Source: Planctomycetota bacterium
Lineage (GTDB): Bacteria > Planctomycetota > GCA-002687715 > DRQF01
Reading direction: 5' to 3'
Assembly: GCA_036479435.1 (NCBI GenBank)
Contig: JAZGFI010000023.1
Span: 1-26,960 of the forward strand
DNA: 26,960 nucleotides
Below the pieces are notes generated by a model. The model saw nothing but the letters and a program-made list of their open reading frames with translations. It was not told where the DNA came from and ran no database searches. The stretch's first letter is position 1; each line of letters starts with the position of its first letter. The translations under genes and the position numbers were made by a program. Below are positions 9,574 to 18,414 of this stretch, piece by piece.

Positions 9574-9677
9574 CTCTAGTTTCCGCCTAGCCTGGCGCAG
9601 TGATCGTCCCCCCCCCCCAGAGAGATCGCCTACAAGGCTCAGAATTGAGGCCTCCCCTGACCGGGTGGCCTTTTTTC
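9574..9677 (+). ncRNA. Putative counter-transcribed antisense RNA (~100 nt) for copy-number control
   Basis: Bounded by the promoter above and an intrinsic terminator; lies upstream of and antisense to rep. Confidence 0.45.
9648..9677 (+). terminator. Rho-independent terminator
   Basis: AGGCCtCCC-ctgacc-GGGtGGCCT hairpin followed by a T run. Confidence 0.6.
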
Positions 9678-9819
9678 GTATCTAAGGGCGTCTTGGGTCC
9701 GTGCGCGCCTCCGCTGATCTGTGGTCCCCTGCCGAATGCTGAACGCGCCGACAAATGGGGTGCAGGGAATTCCTGCAAGCCCAAGATGTAGGGATTCTTC
9801 AGCTCAATCAAGTCTCGTG

Positions 9820-9825
9820 ATTATA
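9820..9825 (-). promoter_or_regulatory. Perfect -10 box (TATAAT) pointing toward rep
   Basis: ATTATA on the + strand. No consensus -35; that position is covered by the 34-bp palindrome. Confidence 0.4.
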
Positions 9826-9833
9826 CGGGTGGT

Positions 9834-10070
9834 GCGTTTTAGCGTTCTGGCCAGAACGCTAAAACGCCATCTTGGAATGGCCAGAACGCGTTCTGGCGTA
9901 AATGGTCTGGCTATTACGCCAGAACGCCCATTTCTGTGGGTAACCAGAAACAGGGCGTTGACCGGCGGTTTTGAGGCCGTTAGGGTGTTTCTGTCTGGCG
10001 AGAACGCTAAAACGCTAAAACGCCACCTTGAGATGGCCAGAACGCGTTCTGGCGTCTATATTCTGGCCAT
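9834..10070. repeat. Cluster of GCCAGAACGC/AAAACGC motifs in direct and inverted arrangement (parS-like or iteron/operator array)
   Basis: 34-bp perfect palindrome at 9834-9867; 18-bp palindrome GCCAGAACGCGTTCTGGC at 9880-9897 and 10036-10053; ~45-bp imperfect direct repeat (9855-9899 vs 10011-10055); single copy at 9918. Confidence 0.85.
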
Positions 10071-10111
10071 AACGGGATCATTCGACCCCAAAAAACCTGT
10101 GGAGAAGTGAC

Positions 10112-11062
10112 ATGCAAATAATCGGAACTGGGAACCACAAGGGGGGAACGGGCAAGACGACGACCGCAATTCACCTTGCAGCCGCTCTTGGGGAGCGCGG
10201 CCGGAGGGTCTTGCTGATCGACCTGGACGGCAATCTGGGGCTCACTAAGAGCTTTGATGTGCCGACCTTGGTGCAGGGCACCTACCACGTCCTAATGCGT
10301 GACCAGGCGATCGAGGATGTGATCCTGACCCCAGAGATGGAGCAGGAGCGAGCGAAGCATCCGGGCGAGGCAATCGACCTCCCTAAGAACGTGCATTTAC
10401 TCCCCGGGAACCGGCGGTTGGAGAACTTCGACGAAGACCACGCCGGGAGCAAAGGGAAGTACATCGCGGGCTTCGACACGCTGACAGCACCTCTGAAGGA
10501 GCTGGAGGATGCCGGGCTCTACGACTACGTCATTCTCGACACGGCTCCGGCGGCGGGGACGCTGACGATCGCCGCCTATAAGAACGCCGACTGGTTCATT
10601 CTGGCCACAACGGCCGAGAGCCTTGCCGTAGAGGCCCTGGAACGGTCTCTAGACGACATCATTGAGGCGCAGGAAGTGAATCCGAACCTTGAGGTGCTGG
10701 GCGTCCACATGTGCCAGGTTGATCTACGCAAGAAGCTCGAGGTGGCCTACGTCGAGCAGGTGCGTCGCAGCCTCTTGGGCGAAGACGGCGAGCCAGACGG
10801 CTTCGGCCTATTCGAGGCCATCGTGCCGATCCGCGCGGTGATTGGCCGCGCGTCAGCCCTGAAGGTGTCGCTCTTCGATTACGACCCCGAGCCGGGCGAA
10901 GTGAAGATGGTCAACGAGCTGCGCAACCTCTATCGGAAGCTGGCTGAGGAGGTCGAGGAGCGGATTGGGCAGGACGTCGTAGAAACGCCAGTCGTTGATA
11001 CCGACCGGAAGCCGCTGACAGAGCCGAGCACGGAAGAGAAGGAGAACGTCGCTCATGGCTAA
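10112..11062 (+). CDS. parA: ParA/Soj family partition ATPase
   Basis: Deviant Walker A NHKGGTGKTTT; VLLIDLD; YDYVILDTAP. Confidence 0.95.
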   Translation: MQIIGTGNHKGGTGKTTTAIHLAAALGERGRRVLLIDLDGNLGLTKSFDVPTLVQGTYHVLMRDQAIEDVILTPEMEQERAKHPGEAIDLPKNVHLLPGNRRLENFDEDHAGSKGKYIAGFDTLTAPLKELEDAGLYDYVILDTAPAAGTLTIAAYKNADWFILATTAESLAVEALERSLDDIIEAQEVNPNLEVLGVHMCQVDLRKKLEVAYVEQVRRSLLGEDGEPDGFGLFEAIVPIRAVIGRASALKVSLFDYDPEPGEVKMVNELRNLYRKLAEEVEERIGQDVVETPVVDTDRKPLTEPSTEEKENVAHG

Positions 11063-11615
11063 GGGAAAGAGAAGAAGTGCCGTGGACGAGGTTCAGGGGA
11101 GCGATAGCCCCGTTTCGTTGAAGATGCGGGCCCAGCAAGCAGCCGCACGCAAAGCGCGCGAAGAGGATGGTGTCGGGGAGACACCAGAAGTCAGCCCCGT
11201 AGCTACACAGCGGAAGCCGCTCACGGGCGAGGAGACAGCCGCTCCGCGCTCCGAAGAGCGCAGACCCAAGGCCAAGAGGCGCGTAATGGGTGCGGCAGGC
11301 AACGGCAAGGTCGTTGCTGAGCGGGGCAAGAAGAAGCAGAAGCCCGCGAAACGGATACCCGTGACCGGGAATGAAGGCGACGTCTGGGAAGGGGCTTGCC
11401 GAACCATGAGCGCCTGTGTGGGGGCGAAGGTGACCTTCGCCGCCGCAAGCCGCGCCATCTGGTCGATGGTGGTGGAGATCGAAGGCGACCTAGATCGCTT
11501 TGAGGCGCCGCAGCTTGAGAAGCCCGCACACGCGGACGCAGTGGCCAACGCAGACTTCGAGGACCAGCTTCGGGGCTTCCTGCTCGAGGTGCTGCAGAAG
11601 TCAAAACGCCACTGA
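11055..11615 (+). CDS. Hypothetical protein, putative ParA partner (centromere-binding protein)
   Basis: Overlaps the parA stop; long basic, low-complexity N-terminus and compact helical C-terminus; no ParB GxRR motif. Confidence 0.6.
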   Translation: MAKGKRRSAVDEVQGSDSPVSLKMRAQQAAARKAREEDGVGETPEVSPVATQRKPLTGEETAAPRSEERRPKAKRRVMGAAGNGKVVAERGKKKQKPAKRIPVTGNEGDVWEGACRTMSACVGAKVTFAAASRAIWSMVVEIEGDLDRFEAPQLEKPAHADAVANADFEDQLRGFLLEVLQKSKRH

Positions 11616-11651
11616 TGGCGTTCTGGCCATTTCGTTATAGCCAAAACGCCA
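11603..11651. repeat. Second cluster of the par-region motif
   Basis: AAAACGCCA (11603), GGCGTTCTGGCC (11617-11628), GCCAAAACGCCA (11640-11651). Confidence 0.65.
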
Positions 11652-11760
11652 CAATGACGCCGTAGCGCTTCCAGTAGGGCCCCATGAACGAACTACACAC
11701 ACCGAAGAGCTCGGGTGACTGCACCTGGAGCGCACCGGAAAACCTGACTGACGAAGGTCG

Positions 11761-13188
11761 GTGGGGGAGGGGAGTGTCGTGAGCAGATCAGGGAACAGGA
11801 CGAATGGGCTGGTTGCTGTGCTTGAGGGCTCTTCTGAGGATTTTGAGCCGTGGGTCTATCCCGGGAGCACCGTGACGCTCTCTGCAGCCCTTGGGAAATA
11901 CCAAGCACGGGTTGGAGACCGCGTTCGCGGTCAGGAGAGCGAGTTTGATCGGGTGTCGATCGAGATCCCCGATTTCGTGCCAGCCAACCTCGGTGAGTGG
12001 TGTGAACCCGACGGTGACGTGGTTCTCGAGTGGGAAGGAGTAAGTAGCTGCATGGGGGTCTTCGTTGAAGCCCGTGTTGAGCCGCTCTCTCCGTTGGAGT
12101 CGAGCCCCTTCTTGGCTTCGAGTTCACCGTACGGAGACAAGGTCATCCTAGATCTGAGGAGGGATGTCTTTAGTGCTTTGGATACACGCAGCGCGTGGGA
12201 AAGTCATCGAGAGCTTCTCGAGGCGGCGAGAGGCGGAGGGGTGTTGGGGCGTCGAGATCGCGCCCTTTGTGCACAGGCACTGAGCGGTAGCGTCGGTGGG
12301 TGGACAGAGAGCGCCGGAGCGGTCTTGAATGGAGTGTTTGCTGGGATCGCTTTTGATGGGGATGGAGAAGGCCGATTCTTTGACTACTTAGTCAAGATGT
12401 TCTCGTCTTCGAACACTTGGTTCGAGACCCCATGCAGTGGAATTTGGAAGAGAACCGCGCGGCTTTTTCCGTGGTTAGAGGGCGGCGAACCGGCCTTATC
12501 CGCCGCCGTGCAGGTTGGCCCTGATGGTGCGCGTAAGCACCTTACGCGCCTCTTTGGCGCGTGTGGGTTGACGAGAGCCTCCAGCCTCTGGGATGCCTCA
12601 CGCGTCTACACGTTGAACGACCTTCTCTCCGAGGAGGAGGAGGGGGCTAATGAGGCTGCTTTGGAGGCGTTTCTATATGTGTGGGGTGCCACTGAATTTG
12701 ACAAGCCCGCCCTTTCTGTGGCACGAAGGAGTGAAGCAACAGATGCGGGAGCCGGAGGCTCCGCAACAAGAGAAAGGGACGGGGCGATCACAGATGCACC
12801 CGCAGGAGTAAAGACAGACGTCGTAGTTCGCGAGCCATTCGCGGATGCAAGTGCTGTTGAGATCTTGGCGGCGTTGCAGCCTGAAGTCCCAGACGCAGCC
12901 GTGTCACGCCTCACAACCCTCATTCGGGGTGCTCAGACGTCTCCACCGGCCGACAGAGCGTCCTTCGTCGCCGAGTTCAATGAAGCGCTAGATGCGCTGA
13001 ACCTCCGCATCCGCATTGATGGAGGCGAGGAGCTCGCGCGTTTGAAGTTCATCAAGACCTCTAAAGCGGGAAGTATTCAGCTCGGCCTGTCGGGCCGGAG
13101 CCGGGGTTTACGCGGCGTCGAACTCGAGGTTGTTCGTGTGGCAGGGGTCTCGAGGCGGGTGACCCCGAGCCAAACAGCATCTCCGTAG
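11761..13188 (+). CDS. Hypothetical protein (~475 aa, start uncertain)
   Basis: Only long ORF filling the gap between par and the transfer operon; no motif recognised. Confidence 0.6.
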   Translation: MGEGSVVSRSGNRTNGLVAVLEGSSEDFEPWVYPGSTVTLSAALGKYQARVGDRVRGQESEFDRVSIEIPDFVPANLGEWCEPDGDVVLEWEGVSSCMGVFVEARVEPLSPLESSPFLASSSPYGDKVILDLRRDVFSALDTRSAWESHRELLEAARGGGVLGRRDRALCAQALSGSVGGWTESAGAVLNGVFAGIAFDGDGEGRFFDYLVKMFSSSNTWFETPCSGIWKRTARLFPWLEGGEPALSAAVQVGPDGARKHLTRLFGACGLTRASSLWDASRVYTLNDLLSEEEEGANEAALEAFLYVWGATEFDKPALSVARRSEATDAGAGGSATRERDGAITDAPAGVKTDVVVREPFADASAVEILAALQPEVPDAAVSRLTTLIRGAQTSPPADRASFVAEFNEALDALNLRIRIDGGEELARLKFIKTSKAGSIQLGLSGRSRGLRGVELEVVRVAGVSRRVTPSQTASP

Positions 13189-13219
13189 GTCCTTTCTGGA
13201 AAGTGCCGTAAGCGATCTC

Positions 13220-13249
13220 TTGCAATTCTAACCCGCAGGGTTAGAATTG
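13220..13249 (+). promoter_or_regulatory. Sigma70 promoter overlapped by a palindromic operator
   Basis: TTGCAA (13220-25), 16 bp, TAGAAT (13242-47); inverted repeat CAATTCTAACCC-gca-GGGTTAGAATTG (13223-13249); AGGAGA SD before ATG 13275. Confidence 0.75.
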
Positions 13250-13274
13250 GTTCTCCAACAAACAGGAGAACCCC

Positions 13275-13709
13275 ATGCAGCAAGAGATCCCCCAACAGAT
13301 CGCAGAGGACACGCTTCGCCGCGCCCGTGCGCTGCTAGAGCAGCCCGGACCGGACGCTAAGGCCGTCCAGGGGGCCAGAGAGAGCGTTCAGGCCTTGGCT
13401 CCGACTATCGGCGCGGCGGCCGTCAAAGACGCCCTGCGGGCGATGGAGGGGGCCGATCGACAGCTTCGAGAGCACAGGCTCCGCGAGCTCGGCGACGCCC
13501 TTGCCTCAGCCCTCAAACCCCTCGGCCTTCGCCTCGACGTCCACGTCCTCAAGCGTCAGCCGCGCAAGCGCAGCGCGAAGCCGGCTGCCCCCCAGGTAGC
13601 AGAGCAGGCGAGCGCGATGATGGGGGGGGAGAGCGCAAAGCCCACACCGACCGCGACCGAAGAGCCCGGTGAGCGAAGCTGCTTCCTCGGGCGGAGGAAG
13701 GCTCAATGA
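13275..13709 (+). CDS. Hypothetical helical protein, first gene of the operon
   Basis: Strong SD; ATGA overlap with the next gene. Confidence 0.75.
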   Translation: MQQEIPQQIAEDTLRRARALLEQPGPDAKAVQGARESVQALAPTIGAAAVKDALRAMEGADRQLREHRLRELGDALASALKPLGLRLDVHVLKRQPRKRSAKPAAPQVAEQASAMMGGESAKPTPTATEEPGERSCFLGRRKAQ

Positions 13710-14452
13710 AGCGCCCGATCTCCGTCTCTCGCGACGAGAGCGCCAAAGCGCTCACGGCACGTTGGATTCTTGTGCTGTTGTTGGCGCTCTTCGCCTCCGG
13801 CTGGTTCTACCACTCCTTCACGAGTGGGGATCGAAGCGGGCAAGACCTCATTTCGTTCATCTTGCTGGGTTTCGTCTACGGACTGCTGCTTGCGGCCTGG
13901 GGCCTGCGCGAACTACTTCGCGAGAAGCACCGCTTCGAGAGACTGTGTAGTGAGCTCAAAGGGGTAGAGCTCGGTGCGTTCCTGGCGGAGCGAGAAGGGC
14001 AACCAGGGCCGCTGCTCGCGTTGCTGCGCAAGCTCGATATGCAGGCGCGTCGCAGCCCTAACGCTGTTGATGCTGCGACGCTGATTTCGTTGCTTCACCG
14101 GCGGCTAAGCCGGACGGCGAAGCTCGTTCAGCGCGTTGGTGTTCTGCTGGTTGCGGGCGGGATGATCGGGACCTGCATCGGGATCGGGGGGATGCTCAGC
14201 GGCCTCACCGAAGTCGTCGGCTCATCGGATGGGAAAGGGGGACCGGAGTTCATGCAGGGCCTCTTCGCTCCGCACGGGGGCCCCCTATCCGCTTTGGCCA
14301 GCGCCTACAACACGACGTTGCTCGGCATTGGGTGCGGCGGGGTGGTTCTGCGCGCGCTTTCAAACGTTCTCCAGGACGGCGTCGACGTCCTTGCGGATCG
14401 GTACGAGGAGTTCATCTGCGTCAATTGCCGCCCGGCCTTCGGCAAGTCATGA
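13706..14452 (+). CDS. MotA/TolQ/ExbB proton-channel family protein
   Basis: Two N-terminal TM helices and a cytoplasmic region, then GMIGTCIG and ALASAYNTTLLG, matching the family GxxGTxxG...AxxTTxxG signature. Confidence 0.8.
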   Translation: MKRPISVSRDESAKALTARWILVLLLALFASGWFYHSFTSGDRSGQDLISFILLGFVYGLLLAAWGLRELLREKHRFERLCSELKGVELGAFLAEREGQPGPLLALLRKLDMQARRSPNAVDAATLISLLHRRLSRTAKLVQRVGVLLVAGGMIGTCIGIGGMLSGLTEVVGSSDGKGGPEFMQGLFAPHGGPLSALASAYNTTLLGIGCGGVVLRALSNVLQDGVDVLADRYEEFICVNCRPAFGKS

Positions 14453-15501
14453 GCCGCACCCGAACGAACACCCGCGAAGACGACGACGAAGGCATCTTCA
14501 ACGACGTCCTCTTCTGCACGATCGGCGTCGTGCTCTTGCTCCTGGTCGTTGCCCTTGTGCAAGTCGGCGTGCCCGAAGTCGCGAAGGGTGAACTCGAAGC
14601 GATGAATGGTGAGCTCGAGGCAATGAAGTCGCACCTCGTGGTCGAACACAGAGCACTCATCGCCGCCCAAGACGCAGCGGAGCAAGCGCAGCGACACAGT
14701 GCCGAGCTCACGCGCTCCCTTGATGATGAACGCGTGGCACGAGAAGGCCAGCTGCAAGCGAATGCGACGCTGTCTCGCCTTCTCGATGCTCAAGGTCGGG
14801 AGAGCAAGCGCCAGCAGCAAGCAGCCAAAGACGCCAAGATTATCCAACGCGATCTCGAGTTCCGCGACACGGACGTCGTGCTGTGTCTTGACGGCACCGC
14901 TTCGATGAAGGCGCGCCTGGAGACACTCCAAACAGGCGTATTGGCACTGAGCGAGATCAGCGCACGGCTTGTGAAGATCCGCGTCGGCGTCGTTATCTAC
15001 AGCGGTCGAGGCGTTCTCGAGTTCCCTCTGACGGAGATCGGCCCAACGGTAGACGGCAAACCAAGCGAGGGAATGAAGAAGCTCCGGGAGTTCATGGAAC
15101 TCCACGCGATTGCAGTGGAGGGACATGCATACGTCGAAGCCGGTGTGAACGCTGCTCTCGCCATGTTCGGTGCGCGCAGAAACGGCACCAGGCAACACCT
15201 TGTGGTGATGGGGGACATGGACCCGCTCGAGGCACACGGCGACGACACGGCAGGGGGAGACGCAAGCGCTCTGCGCGTGATCGCGAGCGTGCAGGAGTTC
15301 GCTCAACGCTACGAGGACACGGGCGTCTTGTCGCTGTTCACCGCGAACGGACGGCACACAAGGGACACAAATCAGCGCATCGCGCGCTTCTTCGAGGCAC
15401 TTGCGAGCAGAGGCAAGCGATCGAAATACACGAACGACCTTTCACAACTCACGGCGACGACCGTCGCAGCCCTCTTCACCCAACAAAGGAGAACCCAATG
15501 A
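14449..15501 (+). CDS. ExbD/MotB-like TM anchor plus coiled coil plus von Willebrand A (vWA) domain protein
   Basis: Likely start is ATG 14449 (ATGA overlap); TM IFNDVLFCTIGVVLLLLVV with Asp; coiled coil; MIDAS-like DVVLCLDGTASM, RVGVVIY, HLVVMGD. Confidence 0.8.
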   Translation: MSRTRTNTREDDDEGIFNDVLFCTIGVVLLLLVVALVQVGVPEVAKGELEAMNGELEAMKSHLVVEHRALIAAQDAAEQAQRHSAELTRSLDDERVAREGQLQANATLSRLLDAQGRESKRQQQAAKDAKIIQRDLEFRDTDVVLCLDGTASMKARLETLQTGVLALSEISARLVKIRVGVVIYSGRGVLEFPLTEIGPTVDGKPSEGMKKLREFMELHAIAVEGHAYVEAGVNAALAMFGARRNGTRQHLVVMGDMDPLEAHGDDTAGGDASALRVIASVQEFAQRYEDTGVLSLFTANGRHTRDTNQRIARFFEALASRGKRSKYTNDLSQLTATTVAALFTQQRRTQ

Positions 15502-15902
15502 ACGCCATCACAACTGAAGCCCCCCTCGAGGTCTGGATCGACTTCCCTGAGAGCGAGGCTAGAACATCACCGCCCAGTGAACCTTCAAGTGTTCCTGAGA
15601 GCACGGCAGACTTCGAGGTGGATTGGGCCGAGGTCGTCAACCAAGCCCTGCTTGGGATGGCGGTCGGGTTTGCCGTCGGGATGTTCCTGTACGCCACGAC
15701 CGAGATCGGCCCAGTGGCTTTCATCACGGTGGCTAGTATCGGTCTCTCTCATGCGACACAGCGCGTGCTACTCCTCACGGTTGTCCCTCGTATTTCAGAC
15801 AGGTGGGTGTGGCCTAGCCTCCTCGGATTCTTCCTTCTCCCCCCGCTCGGCGCGAACGCCGTCGTGATTGGGATCGCGCTCCTAATACAGGGAGCGATCT
15901 GA
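15498..15902 (+). CDS. Small membrane protein (~3 TM)
   Basis: AAGGAG SD; ATGA overlap; hydrophobic segments. Confidence 0.7.
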   Translation: MNAITTEAPLEVWIDFPESEARTSPPSEPSSVPESTADFEVDWAEVVNQALLGMAVGFAVGMFLYATTEIGPVAFITVASIGLSHATQRVLLLTVVPRISDRWVWPSLLGFFLLPPLGANAVVIGIALLIQGAI

Positions 15903-16279
15903 TGCGCACGAATAGCATCGCGGGACGTGTCCAAGGTTTCCTAGTAGGCACGCTCCTCATCAACCTCGCGGGCGCGGCCGCGTGTTGGGTCATCGCGACC
16001 AAGTACCTCGGCACGTCTGGCTTTGCGGGGCTGTGGGGGATGGGTGCAGTAATCGGCTTCCTGATGGCCAGCACTCAATCGCTGCACCTGTTCGCGCCAA
16101 ACAAGACCGGTGAGGGTTTCCTGGCGCAAGCAGGGACCGCGTTCATGGGGCTCGTGATGATCGGCTGGATGCTGGGCGTTGCCCTGAGCATGTTCGCCGA
16201 AGACAGCGAGAGCTTGATGGCTGACGCCAAGACGATCGCCACCCACGTCTGGCGTGGGATCGAGAGCCTCCTGTCCTGA
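15902..16279 (+). CDS. Small Gly-rich membrane protein (~3 TM)
   Basis: TGATG overlap with the previous gene; three hydrophobic segments. Confidence 0.7.
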   Translation: MRTNSIAGRVQGFLVGTLLINLAGAAACWVIATKYLGTSGFAGLWGMGAVIGFLMASTQSLHLFAPNKTGEGFLAQAGTAFMGLVMIGWMLGVALSMFAEDSESLMADAKTIATHVWRGIESLLS

Positions 16280-16308
16280 TCTTCCTGACGAACCTTCTGG
16301 AGACCCCA

Positions 16309-16767
16309 ATGCATCTGACACTCAAAGACCACCTCGACATGCGCCACGACATGGCGGGGGTGATCGACCGCTCAAAGCAAGCCACAGGAGAGGCCGCGTC
16401 GATCCTTCAGCGATCGGAGAGGTTCCGCAGCATCGCGGAGGCGCTGAGCGCCCGGTACGACCTCGCGCTCCTCCGGGCTGGCCCAGAGGGGGAGAACGCT
16501 GCGGAAGTCGTTGCTGCGCGCGCCGACCTCACAAGCCAGTTAGAGCTGTTCGTTCGTGCGACAGCGTTCGATGAATCCCGGTTTGCCGGGATCTTCAAGA
16601 GACTCGATGAGGACAAGCACGTCTTGGCCGCAACGGAACGCAGGCTTTGCGGAACTCCACCGCGCCGGTTCCTGCGCCTTGCAACACTCGTCGTCACCGC
16701 GCTGACCTTGGCGTCTATGGCAGGCTTCCCGGTCATCGCGACACTCGAAACCTGGCTTGGGCTGTAA
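16309..16767 (+). CDS. Helical protein with a C-terminal TM anchor
   Basis: GGAG SD; C-terminal LATLVVTALTLASMAGFPVI. Confidence 0.7.
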   Translation: MHLTLKDHLDMRHDMAGVIDRSKQATGEAASILQRSERFRSIAEALSARYDLALLRAGPEGENAAEVVAARADLTSQLELFVRATAFDESRFAGIFKRLDEDKHVLAATERRLCGTPPRRFLRLATLVVTALTLASMAGFPVIATLETWLGL

Positions 16768-16770
16768 GCC

Positions 16771-18414
16771 ATGGCGAACCAGCTCCAGAACCAACAAGGC
16801 CGCTCTGGCCTGTTCCTGTGGTGCGTCGCCGCTCTCGCGGCGCTCGGCACAGCCCGTTTCTGGGCGACGGGTCAACGTGGCGACGATCAGGCCTGCTTGC
16901 TTGCGGCTCTGCTGGCGATCGTCACCGTTCGCAGCTCATGGTTGGGTCTCGTTGCACACGACCAAAAACGCCTCCTGAAGAGGCTTCGACAGACATCAAA
17001 GGAGAAAAGCACCGTGCATGGATCAAGCGGCTGGGCAACACGAAAAGACATCAAGGACGCAGGGCTGGAGAAGCCTGGCGGGATCTTTCTCGGCGAGTTC
17101 GAGGGCCGGGAGATCTCGTACAAATCCGATCTATCGATGACGATCCTCGGCCCTCCCGGGTCAGCGAAAACCACAGCCTTCGCCACTCAGTTTTTGCTCC
17201 GAACCGATCACGACCTCGTAGTTTGCAACGACCCGAAGCTCGAATTGTGGCTGGTCACGCACGCTGACCTTGATCGGCGCGGCTACCGGGTCTTGTTGAT
17301 CTCGGCCTGGTTTCAGAGCTTCATCGATCAGTTTGACGGCCGCATTCAAACTCACGACGACGGGTTTGATCCGTGCTCGTTCCTCGACCCGAACGATCCG
17401 TGCATCATCGACGACACGCGCCTTCTTGCGACGCTACTGATCCCACCGGTAAGCGGTGGGAAGAGCGACGCGACGGGTGATTTCTTCAACGACTTTAGTC
17501 GGTCGATCCTCACCGCCTTCTCGTTGCTGATCCTGTCCGAGAAAGGAAGAGTGACGTTGCCGGAACTCCGTTCGAGGATCTTCGCGTCGGAAGGGCAGAT
17601 CATGGAAGACATCGCCGCGATGCTGGCCTCGAGCGCCTTCTCTGGCGTGCTTGCGGAGGAGGGTTCACGCCTCTACTCGCCGAAGGTCAACGCGCCCAAG
17701 GAGTGGTCGGGCGGTCTCAGCGGAGCTATGCGCGCTCTCAAGAGTTTCGATGCGCACGGGCCGCTCGGTCAAAGCGTCCAGAAGGGTGGTGTGGACTTCC
17801 GAAAGCTCGGCGATCAGAAGACCGTCGTGTTCTTCGCGCAGCCGCCCGAGAAGATCGAGAGCCATGAGGGCTATGCCTCGATGGTGTTGGTCCTCGCGAT
17901 GGAGATGATCGCCAGGAACCGGCAGAAGAAGCGCTGCGTGTTCCTGCTCGATGAGCTCCAGAACCAGCCCTCGGCTCTCTTGCCTGTGCTGAAAGGGATC
18001 GCTCTCTACAGGGGCTCGGGCATTCAGTTCATCTGTTTGTTCCAATTCCTCGCTGCGCTCAAGCGCCACATCGGTGATAGCTGGCGCGAGTATCTCTCTG
18101 TTGATCTGTTTGTCTCCTTGGCTGTGCCTACGGACCCAGAGACAGCCGACATCATCTCGCGCCTTGCGGGGCAAAGCACGGTGCGCGGCACGTCCTACTC
18201 GAGCGACGCCGAGGGGCTTGCCGGAGGCGGCCTTGGCGTAGGTGTTGGATCGCAGGACGTCGCACGTGCGCTTCTCACCGCCGACGAAGCGCGCCGGATG
18301 GGTCGAGACGAGGCCTTGGTGTTCATGTCGAACCTGCCTCCGATGCGCATCAAGAAGCAGTCCTACTTGGACAACCCGAAGCTGCGCGCAGGGAGCAACC
18401 CCTACTATGAATGA
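16771..18414 (+). CDS. virD4: Type IV coupling protein, VirD4/TraG family
   Basis: Two N-terminal TMs; HGSSGWAT; Walker A GPPGSAKT; NDPKLEL; FDP; Walker B FLLDE; RALLTADEARRM. Confidence 0.92.
   Translation: MANQLQNQQGRSGLFLWCVAALAALGTARFWATGQRGDDQACLLAALLAIVTVRSSWLGLVAHDQKRLLKRLRQTSKEKSTVHGSSGWATRKDIKDAGLEKPGGIFLGEFEGREISYKSDLSMTILGPPGSAKTTAFATQFLLRTDHDLVVCNDPKLELWLVTHADLDRRGYRVLLISAWFQSFIDQFDGRIQTHDDGFDPCSFLDPNDPCIIDDTRLLATLLIPPVSGGKSDATGDFFNDFSRSILTAFSLLILSEKGRVTLPELRSRIFASEGQIMEDIAAMLASSAFSGVLAEEGSRLYSPKVNAPKEWSGGLSGAMRALKSFDAHGPLGQSVQKGGVDFRKLGDQKTVVFFAQPPEKIESHEGYASMVLVLAMEMIARNRQKKRCVFLLDELQNQPSALLPVLKGIALYRGSGIQFICLFQFLAALKRHIGDSWREYLSVDLFVSLAVPTDPETADIISRLAGQSTVRGTSYSSDAEGLAGGGLGVGVGSQDVARALLTADEARRMGRDEALVFMSNLPPMRIKKQSYLDNPKLRAGSNPYYE

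Noticed and set aside
9587..9811. 74-aa rep leader peptide
   Set aside because: TTG start without SD, not coupled to the rep start, and no recognisable features; cannot be supported.
14305..15357. 350-aa minus-strand ORF
   Set aside because: Shadow of the vWA gene.
13706..15501. Canonical Zorya (ZorAB), flagellar MotAB or TonB system
   Set aside because: The B subunit has vWA rather than OmpA or ExbD, the A subunit lacks the long ZorA tail, and no ZorC/D/E, TonB or flagellar genes are adjacent.
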